Virus record (IMG/VR): IMGVR_UViG_3300012662_000011
Strand: one strand, 5' to 3'
Source: a virus
Taxonomy: Duplodnaviria; Caudoviricetes
Length of the DNA: 64,000 nt
The translations under genes and the position numbers were made by a program. The notes beneath the pieces were generated by a model. That model was not told the origin of the DNA. It made no database searches and worked only from the letters and a program-made list of their open reading frames with translations. Shown piece by piece: positions 29,707 through 38,600 of this stretch. Within the stretch, counting starts at the first letter, position 1. Every line of letters begins with the position of its first letter.

Positions 29707-30084
29707 ATGGGACTATTTGACATATTCAAAACACCAGTTCATGAAAAGTATAAAGAACTTATTCATGCATTAAGGGAACATTATCAGTCTTTATGTATTA
29801 CAAAAGTTGAGTCTTCTATATTTTCTATGTGTACAAATCATTATAATAATATTGATAATTTGATTATTACTATTTTCAAAGGGAAGGCTTATGATGGGCA
29901 ACCAGTGGAATATAGTAATTTATTTTATGATAATTATATTTTTGTGAAAATGACTTACATAGTTAATAAAGAATCTGTTACTATACATAATGCTTTTCCT
30001 AAAAGTGGAAATCAATATTTAATGTTTCTATCTATTATTGGTGCTGAGATGGCAAAAACAAACCATATCTTGAAAAATATATAA
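29707..30084 (+). CDS. Hypothetical protein (125 aa), antisense island
   Basis: MGLFDIFK start; opposite strand to flanking virion genes. Confidence 0.65.
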   Translation: MGLFDIFKTPVHEKYKELIHALREHYQSLCITKVESSIFSMCTNHYNNIDNLIITIFKGKAYDGQPVEYSNLFYDNYIFVKMTYIVNKESVTIHNAFPKSGNQYLMFLSIIGAEMAKTNHILKNI

Positions 30085-30131
30085 GAATAAGAAAATATAG
30101 ATTTGAAGTTTTAATATAAATCTTTAATATT

Positions 30132-30290
30132 ATGTTATTTATTGTAATTTTAATTTATGTAATAATTGGCTTTTTCTTTGGTTTAGACTGGGTTAAGACT
30201 ATGTTTATTGAAGCAGGTTGCTTAGGAAAAATACTATCATCTGCTTGGGTAATAGCTCTTGTTATAGCTTTACTTAGATATATAATATAA
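30132..30290 (+). CDS. Small two-TM membrane protein (52 aa), not in ORF track
   Basis: MLFIVILIYVIIGFFFGLDWVKTMFIEAGCLGKILSSAWVIALVIALLRYII*. Confidence 0.6.
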   Translation: MLFIVILIYVIIGFFFGLDWVKTMFIEAGCLGKILSSAWVIALVIALLRYII

Positions 30291-30303
30291 ATACATAAAG
30301 GAT

Positions 30304-30558
30304 ATGATTAAAGGAAAAGATTTTAATAATCCAACAGTACCTATTATTATAGTTGTTATTGCCTCTTTAATAGTTATTCTACTATGGAATTATGGCAGAA
30401 TGTTAGGCTTTATTTTACCTTCTTTTGTTATTGCTATAATAATAACAAGTATACACGATTGGCTTGGTTCTACTACAACCTGGTTTAGTTTTAAAGGAGT
30501 GACTATTGCTTTTGTATATGTACTTATATCTATGCTTTGGAGTTATTTTATACATTAA
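30304..30558 (+). CDS. Small three-TM membrane protein (84 aa)
   Basis: Almost entirely hydrophobic. Confidence 0.65.
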   Translation: MIKGKDFNNPTVPIIIVVIASLIVILLWNYGRMLGFILPSFVIAIIITSIHDWLGSTTTWFSFKGVTIAFVYVLISMLWSYFIH

Positions 30559-30563
30559 AAATA

Positions 30564-30614
30564 TGCAGTATAAATATATTAAATTGCTTTTAATTTTAAT
30601 ACATTTATACTGCA
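30564..30614. terminator. Long hairpin between convergent genes
   Basis: tgcagtataaat ... atttatactgca stem followed by a T run. Confidence 0.7.
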
Positions 30615-30629
30615 CTTTTTAAGTCTTTA

Positions 30630-31991
30630 TTATCCTACATGTAATCCTGTAGATACTGTTTCGTCATTTGTAGTATCTTTTACTATAGTTTTAGGAACTA
30701 TTTCTACTTCAGTCTCATCATCATTAAATGTACCAGCTTTAAATGGTTGATAATAGAAATAATAGTTACTCGTATCTCCTTTACCAATAATATTATCCAC
30801 GTTAAATTTGACAAACTCAGGTAAATCCTCATAATTTACTGCTTGTCCAGTATGTGCTGTCTCAGTATCAGGGACATCTGAATAAGTTATATCATCATAA
30901 TAATTCTTTTTAATATAATCTTCAGATGCTGCTAATGGTTGTCCATTATCATCTGTAGGAGTATTACCGTTCCACACTAGCTTTAATCTACCTTTTAATT
31001 GAGTACCACTGGAAGAATTTGAATCTCCTTTATTATTCTTAACTTCTGCAATAGCTTTAGCTTGCTCTAATCTAGGGTCCTTATCCTTATTATAATGTAC
31101 TGCCTTTGTTTTATCATCATAATACATTCCATATTGTCCAAGTTGTATATCCTGTCCTCTCTTTGTCAAATCTGCCTGTGATTGTTCAGCTGCTGTTAAT
31201 TTACCCAAATCTCTCTGAGGACTATGCGTTTCCTGATATACAAATCCATCTGTCATGCCATTTAATACACTTGCTTCAGCTCTCTCTAAACTATACCCAG
31301 AAAGGTTTTTATCCACTCCAGTCTCCTTTAGAATAGACTTATAGGCATTATACATTTCTGGTATAGATTTCATGTTCTCTCTAAAAGCAGCTATACTCTC
31401 AGGACTAATACCATTTCTTTGAATCCAATCTATATAATATCCTCCTAATGTCTTTGGACCTTCACTTGTATTAAACAATCTTGATGAATATGCTTTAGCT
31501 GCCTGGGCACCTCTTGCATATAATTCTTTTCCACTAATACTATACAAATTAGGATTCTTTCCTTCAAGAAAATCATCTATACTAAGATTATCTACAGCAT
31601 ATAGTCTTGAAGAATCTTGAGCATTAAGAGTTTGCCTTAGTTTTTTCTCTTCCTTTAAAGCCTCATCTGCTTTTGTAAGTTGCCCTATTTCTCCTCTATA
31701 TCTTCTCTTTAAAGAGGTCAGAGCTTTTCTATTGCCCATTGTTAATCCATTCTGTGCCAAATCTTCTGCCTGTGTATGCAAATCATTTGCATAACCTTCA
31801 TATAAAGCTCTTGCTGCACTTCCTTCAGGAAGAGTCTTACTTAGATATTTAAAGTCATCAGCTTCTGATAACTTGTCATAGGCTTCTTCACTCTTCTCAT
31901 AAGCTTCCTTATATGCATTAAATGGTACTAACATTTCCTGCAATGAGAAAGGTTGATATGAAGAATCTACTACGTATGTATAATTTGCCAT
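30630..31991 (-). CDS. Virion cargo protein (453 aa)
   Basis: YQPFSLQEMLVP N-terminus and position after the muzzle and first cargo gene, as recalled for crAss-like phages. Confidence 0.6.
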   Translation of the reverse strand: MANYTYVVDSSYQPFSLQEMLVPFNAYKEAYEKSEEAYDKLSEADDFKYLSKTLPEGSAARALYEGYANDLHTQAEDLAQNGLTMGNRKALTSLKRRYRGEIGQLTKADEALKEEKKLRQTLNAQDSSRLYAVDNLSIDDFLEGKNPNLYSISGKELYARGAQAAKAYSSRLFNTSEGPKTLGGYYIDWIQRNGISPESIAAFRENMKSIPEMYNAYKSILKETGVDKNLSGYSLERAEASVLNGMTDGFVYQETHSPQRDLGKLTAAEQSQADLTKRGQDIQLGQYGMYYDDKTKAVHYNKDKDPRLEQAKAIAEVKNNKGDSNSSSGTQLKGRLKLVWNGNTPTDDNGQPLAASEDYIKKNYYDDITYSDVPDTETAHTGQAVNYEDLPEFVKFNVDNIIGKGDTSNYYFYYQPFKAGTFNDDETEVEIVPKTIVKDTTNDETVSTGLHVG

Positions 31992-32004
31992 TGTCTTCTA
32001 CTCT

Positions 32005-35000
32005 TTAAAATGTTAAACCTTTTTTCTTTCTTCTTATTTTACCTCCATAAGCACTAATTACCTTCTTAGGTTTCTTGATAGGATTCCCATTCTCATCTAC
32101 ATATTGCTTTTCAAACATTCCACTTCCTGTAAATTGTTTACCTGTCATGGTTCCAAATATGCCATCTCCAGCCATATCTGCAATCATATTATATTGAGCA
32201 TTCTCCTTACCAATATCACTAAGACCTTTAAATGCATTATTTAAAGTACCATACATTCCTCTGTACCATGATGCTTCAGAATCCATCCTTTCCTTAGCAG
32301 CTTCCATTGCTAATTGTGATCTGAACTGTCTATTCCTGTTAATAATATCTGCATTAGTCTTTGATATATCTGTTGCAGCTGTAGCATTATATTGGTCTGT
32401 ACCTCTATTAAATTCAGCTTCTTTCAGTTTCTGAGTATTATTATAGTCAATACCTTTAATATCAGCATCTCCTATACCTGTAATAGTATTATAGTTATTG
32501 GCTACTATTCCTGCGTTCTTAGTTCCTATAGGAGAAGCATTGTTTAATATTGCTCTATCTGCTGCTCTTGAATTAGCTATTGTTTTATTATACTCTCTAT
32601 TAGGATCTAGTAAAGTAGGTTTATAATAATTGCCTATAAAACTTGCATGTGCTAATGTTGGAGCTTCACTTGCAAAAGTTTCAGCTCTGTCTAAATGCTT
32701 ATAGTCAGGTTTACCTACTCCTGCTGCCATAAGAGTTAGTGCTGTAGGTGCTCCCATTAATCCAGCCATTCTTTCAAAAGTACTCTTATGTTTAGGCACC
32801 CATTTAAATCTACCATTTTCATCTTCATAAAAATCAGTATCTCCTACTTTTTTCTCTCCTTCCTTAGCAGCAGGTCTTGTATAATAGTTGTAGTTATAAT
32901 TATTATTTTCATCCTGCCATTTGGTACTATTAGTTAAAGTCCATTCTTTAGGAACATCTCCATATATTTCTTCTACATTGCCTTTATCATCAATGACAAA
33001 GTTTTTATTATTATCTGCAATAAGCATTGGAGCTGCTGTTTTCCAATATGTTCCTGGATGAGTATTTCTTACTCCAGTACCATTAGGATCTTCAAATATT
33101 GTCTGATAATCTGTCTTAGCATCTTTCTTCCAGCCTTTTTCATCTGCAAATTTTGAAGCATAATCTTTTGCTGCCTGTGGAGCATCCTTACTTAAAAGTA
33201 TAGACTGTAGGTATTTAAGTCTATTTGCATCACTTTTCTGTAACCATTCTGTGCCTCTTCTATAAGCATCTGTCTGTCTAAGAGCATTGCCTATTTCTTC
33301 AGAGTTCATTCCTTCATGTACAAGACCTTTTTCTTTAGCTTCCAGCCAAATTGCATCTGTACTACCATCCCAAGCATTATAGTCTTCTTCTCCCCAACCA
33401 CCATGCTTCCAGTCAATATTAAATTTATCTTCATTAGGACGTTTATACTTACCAAAGTCATAACCATTCTTTAAAGAATGTGCAGCAGCAGGATTAGCTC
33501 TTGTTATTGCTGCCATTAGTATTGGATCTTTTAAAGCCTTGCTCCAATCTATTTTACTTGGATCTATTTTATTTTCTTTTGCCCAAGCTGCAAAATCACT
33601 GTCTGTGTATATATTTTTAAGAAGACCATAAATATTTTTCTTTAAGTCTCCTCCTTCATCAAATCTATTCATATTTCCTCCATTTGCATTTAATTGTACT
33701 TCATTTTCTTCTTGTAACTCTGGTTGCTGTTGTTGTAACATTTGTTCTTCAGAAGGCTGTTCTTCTTGTGGTAATTCTTCATTAGATATTTGTTGTTCTG
33801 TAGGAGATTCTTCTTGAGAGTTCTCTTGAGGTTCTTCTCCTTGTTGTTCTTGCATCTGTTGCTGTTTTGCTTGCTCCTCCTCTAAAGCTAATTGCTCCAT
33901 AATCATCTGCTGTTGCTCTGGTGGCAGCTTTTCAAAGTTCTCCTCAGTCTCCCTTTCTTGCATTTCTTTTTTCTGCCTTTCCTGCTCTTCCTGCAAGTCA
34001 TGCATTTGTTTTCTCAAGCCTGCTTGACTTATAGGGTCATTAGGTCTTTCAAGGCTTTCTTTCTCTAACTTCTTTGAAAGGTCAGCAAAGGTCATACTTC
34101 TTTTCTTTGCTATATGGAACCTCTCTTTTGTAATATCATCTATTTCTATTCTATTTGAGAAAACATAATCATCAAAAATAGTCTCTCCTTCTTCTACAAG
34201 ATTAGGGTTTCCATTCTCTTTACTTATACCAACCTGTACACCATCATTAGGGTTTTCTTCATGGCTTCCTCCTGCATCTATATGCTCTAAGCCATCAGTA
34301 AAGTCTCCTCCATTGGTTTGTATATCTCCACCAAGAGCATACTGATTATCTGTATTTATCTTACTTCTTGCTAAGAGATAATCTGATAGGTTATTATAAT
34401 CAGCAGGATTTACAGTTCTTCCAAGTGGACCACCATAAGCTGCATAATTCGCAAGCATGGTATCCATCTGAGTATCTGAGATATTCTCAATATTATTCTC
34501 TACACTTCTATTAGCCCAGCTTTCTGCTGCCAATACCTTGTCCTTCATCTTTTGGTTTTTCTTGGCAGCACCATTGCCTGTAAACCATCCTCCCTCATAC
34601 AATCCTTCAGTATTATCTACAATAGCATTTGGTCCTTTAACATCATCAAAAGTAGAGGCATTGGAATTAAAAGCTTTTAGGGAATCTATGCCAGCATTCA
34701 TAGCATTAAGTCTCTCCTTATCTACTTTATATCCAAAGGCTGCATTGGTAAGACCTCCCAATACTTTAAGACCAGCTCCTGCTATCATCATATAGCCATT
34801 GCCACTTTGTGCTCCAGCTTTAAATACTGATACTCCCGCATCTCCCATAGCATTTCCTACAGCACTTTCTCTTCCTCCTGCTAAGTAATGTACAGGATCT
34901 ACTCTATCCCAAAGACCCCTCTTAAACTTATCACTTTTGCCTATATTGTCTGCTAGAGAAAGTCCTACTCCCTTTAAAGCATTACCTACTTCTCCTAACT

Positions 35001-35517
35001 GTACTTTTTTGTTACTGGAAGTTTGCATCTTCTCTTTAAGATCAGCCATCTGTCCTGGTGCTTTATCTTTTAACTCTGATATAGCATTTTGACTAATACT
35101 ACTTCCCATGCTTGGAAGAGAAGATTGGGATACTTGTGGTCCTGACTGTCCTGCTAAAGCACTGGAATTAATATTAAAACCTGCATTTTGACCAAAAGTG
35201 GAATTAGCTAAATTTACTTGATTGTTAGCTTGTATCTGATTCCATCCTAAGTCTCCTTGCTGCCAAAAATTATTAGAAGAGGTATCTAAACCATAGGAAG
35301 TATTAAAATTTGGCATGCTGTTATCCTGCTGCCCTTGGCTATTCATTTGACTTGCAAGTCCCATTAAACTATTAAAGTCAGAATCTCCAGAACCTCCAGA
35401 GCTAAAAAAGCCCAAACCTCCACCTCCTGCAAAGATGTTTTGATATGTTCTATCTATGTTTGTAGCAAATATTGGTTTATTCCATTTATTTACTGTATAT
35501 AGTTTATTTTTTCTCAT
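32005..35517 (-). CDS. Virion cargo/ejection protein (1170 aa)
   Basis: GGSHEENPNDGV..NLVEEGETI..YVFSNR motif, Q/E-rich linker, hydrophobic helices; promoter TATCTTTG at 35535-35542. Confidence 0.7.
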   Translation of the reverse strand: MRKNKLYTVNKWNKPIFATNIDRTYQNIFAGGGGLGFFSSGGSGDSDFNSLMGLASQMNSQGQQDNSMPNFNTSYGLDTSSNNFWQQGDLGWNQIQANNQVNLANSTFGQNAGFNINSSALAGQSGPQVSQSSLPSMGSSISQNAISELKDKAPGQMADLKEKMQTSSNKKVQLGEVGNALKGVGLSLADNIGKSDKFKRGLWDRVDPVHYLAGGRESAVGNAMGDAGVSVFKAGAQSGNGYMMIAGAGLKVLGGLTNAAFGYKVDKERLNAMNAGIDSLKAFNSNASTFDDVKGPNAIVDNTEGLYEGGWFTGNGAAKKNQKMKDKVLAAESWANRSVENNIENISDTQMDTMLANYAAYGGPLGRTVNPADYNNLSDYLLARSKINTDNQYALGGDIQTNGGDFTDGLEHIDAGGSHEENPNDGVQVGISKENGNPNLVEEGETIFDDYVFSNRIEIDDITKERFHIAKKRSMTFADLSKKLEKESLERPNDPISQAGLRKQMHDLQEEQERQKKEMQERETEENFEKLPPEQQQMIMEQLALEEEQAKQQQMQEQQGEEPQENSQEESPTEQQISNEELPQEEQPSEEQMLQQQQPELQEENEVQLNANGGNMNRFDEGGDLKKNIYGLLKNIYTDSDFAAWAKENKIDPSKIDWSKALKDPILMAAITRANPAAAHSLKNGYDFGKYKRPNEDKFNIDWKHGGWGEEDYNAWDGSTDAIWLEAKEKGLVHEGMNSEEIGNALRQTDAYRRGTEWLQKSDANRLKYLQSILLSKDAPQAAKDYASKFADEKGWKKDAKTDYQTIFEDPNGTGVRNTHPGTYWKTAAPMLIADNNKNFVIDDKGNVEEIYGDVPKEWTLTNSTKWQDENNNYNYNYYTRPAAKEGEKKVGDTDFYEDENGRFKWVPKHKSTFERMAGLMGAPTALTLMAAGVGKPDYKHLDRAETFASEAPTLAHASFIGNYYKPTLLDPNREYNKTIANSRAADRAILNNASPIGTKNAGIVANNYNTITGIGDADIKGIDYNNTQKLKEAEFNRGTDQYNATAATDISKTNADIINRNRQFRSQLAMEAAKERMDSEASWYRGMYGTLNNAFKGLSDIGKENAQYNMIADMAGDGIFGTMTGKQFTGSGMFEKQYVDENGNPIKKPKKVISAYGGKIRRKKKGLTF

Positions 35518-35642
35518 AAGAATATTCTTTTATGCAAAGATAATGCTTTATAAATATCATATTTAACCTCTTAACTATATTATAAAAATAGGTAAGAAAA
35601 TCCCTAAGACTCTCTTACCTATTTAAACTAATATCTTTATAA

Positions 35643-38600
35643 TTAACTAAAGTATGTTCCTATAATATCATGCATTTCTACCTTACTTAAAAATTCTCCC
35701 TCTGTTGCTGCTTTCTTTTCAAGCTTTAGATATAACCAAGGATTTCTCATTCTGTCTAATGGTCTTACCTTAAATCTCTTTATTCCCATTATACCCTCTG
35801 TTACTTCATCTATAGGGGCATTGTCTCTTGGTATATCACATCTCCACATTCTGAACTTTCTGTTAAGTGAAGCATTGTTATCTGCATTGCCATGAGTAAA
35901 TCTATCATGCCCATTCCTATCACTAAGATTCAATATTCCATGTTGATATTCATCCCATACTTCAAGTGAATCAAATGGTAGAGTAGGAGAGAACTTGTCT
36001 TTCTCCTTATCATAGGTACCTTCTCCTTCTATACATGCTCTGAACTCTAAGTTTGTAAATGTTTTATCTGTAGTAGGTTCTGGATTTCCTATTAAAGTCA
36101 TTGAATATCCTTTGTTCACATCAAAGAAATTACAGTATTTTCCTGCTTGATGCTGCCATAGCTCAGAGAAATTATTCTCTTTATTTTTTACCCATATACT
36201 TATATCATCTAAGTTGCATAGATAAGGAGCATTACCATAGTCATAGAATGAAGTAAAGCACATAAACTTTTCTGAGAATGCAAGTGCTTCATTCTTATTT
36301 ATAAATAATACTTCCTGATTCTGAGCATCATAATAGGATACAAAGTTGTTAAAGTCTACAGGGTTCCATTCTATACCTGTTGATGGTATATTCTGTTTAG
36401 CCCATGTATTAAAACCTCCTGCCATAGTGATGTTCTTTAGCTCTCCATTAAACAGATAGATGCCTTTATCATTACTATCCATAAAGTATATTCCTGCTGG
36501 TGTTTGCACTACTGACCATTTATTTGAACATCCTACAGTATTTGTATAATATCTCTTTCCTTGTACCTTACCAGAGTTTGCCAATTCAATAGGTACTCCT
36601 GCTGTTGTTGATACCTGAGCATTTTCATTATAGAGTATCTGTGATATTCCTTTGTCTTGAAAACATATTAACTGGTTATTTAACTTAGCTAATTTATTTA
36701 CACTTCCTTTATCTCCATCTAACTCAAGAACACCTGCCAATGTAATATTAGTCCAAACATCTGTATCATTACCACTTTCTTTTGTCTTTGACCATGTTAT
36801 CTGATTTGGATAACTGGTATTTTTATAGTCATCCTCATCAAGTATTTTATAATTGAAGAAATTATCAAGTTGTGAATATACAGGATTTATCAAGTTAAAG
36901 TTCTTTGGGGATACATTCAAGTTATTTATCTGACCTCTATTCCTGTCATATCTACCATCTATATTGATATGGGTTTCTATCATAAATGATGCTATGTCTA
37001 TTACCTGATTTACATCTTCAGAAGTAAATGGGTAAGTCTTTAAACATTCATATCTCTGATACCATGTGTCTCCTCTATTACTAGTAATAGTTAGAGGCTG
37101 CTTATCTTTTATTAAAACTGAATCACTTATAGGAATCCATGTATTTGCTTTTAAAGCATCTGTTAGTTTTCCTCCATACAATTCTTTGTCATTATAATCC
37201 TTGTATATCTCTACTATAGGCAAACTTCCGTCCTCAACATCATCAAATATGTCTGAAGAGGTGCTTCTACTCTGTCCAAGTACTACTATATGTGGAGTGG
37301 ATTTATACTTTATTCTCACACCTTCTCTTGTGCTGCATAAGTCTGTTACAGCATCACCAATATTTTTATCTTGCCTTTCCCAAGATGATGTAGTCTTATT
37401 GTATTTATATATTCCTACATCAGATGTGGTATCATCACTTGAACTGTTAGGTTTATATCCAAGCTTATATTCACTCTTACTATAAAAAGAAACAGTAAAT
37501 ATATCACTGTCAGGATTTCCTACAAAATATTTAGAACAAGCAATTTTAGGAGTAATCATAGTATCAATATTTCCCATATATACTTTATTGTTCAATTTTA
37601 GTATAGAAAGTTCCTCACTATTAAAGTAATCAATAGCATCGGCAGTATAGTCAGTTTTATTAAAATCAGTATAGATTGTTTTGATAGACAAATGATAATT
37701 GCAAATCTTTTTCTTTAACAGTTCTGAACTTCTACCATCTCTGGAAACATCATTGTTAAGGGCACCATTTTTATGCCACATGTATATAGGAAATAAAACA
37801 GGAACCTTCTCTTCATTGTACTTTTCATATTGTTGAGGATCAGTACTCTTTTTCTCATCTACAATAAAATCAGAGTAATATAATCCAGAAATTAATGCAG
37901 CAGTTCCTGATGTTGTAATACTTCTGTGGGTAAACCCTTCGGCAGAACCTATAGTAGGTGTCTTTGTCTGTATATCTATATCTCCATAAGTATTACTAAA
38001 GACACAGCTTCCTAATGTGCCTAAATTAAATTTACTCCAATCCAAAGCTTTGAATGAATCTTCAAATACAGTTTCTGGAGAATGTATTGTTATTAAATCC
38101 TTATCTATTTTAAATGGATCATTTACAGTCTGTAGTTTATCATCACTATTTATAAAGTTATATGTTGTTGCTGTCCCTACTTCTATAGAATTTATACCAG
38201 GAGACAGTATATTATTTACTGGTTCCATTCCTTCTAAGCTAATTATATTTCCAGATGATGGTACCTGCCCTGCTCCAGATCTATCAGAAGAGGATGTATT
38301 TAAATAAGTATTTGAATCATATTTAAAACTTTTTGGTCTAAAAATCCAAGAAGACTGACCATAGAGATTTCCCATTTTACTTGTATTTATGTAATGATTC
38401 TCTTCTTCTATATATCTTGAAGTATCTCTATAAATGCAAGAATTTGCAATACCTTGACAAAGTATAGTTCTGTCATTCCATGTTGGTTGAGCCATAAGTA
38501 ATCTTGCTCTTTTATATCCTTCTGCTACTAAATTATCTATTATATCAGTTGTCATTCCTATATAAACAGTAATCTGTGGCAGCGTGAGGGTATTCTGCTT

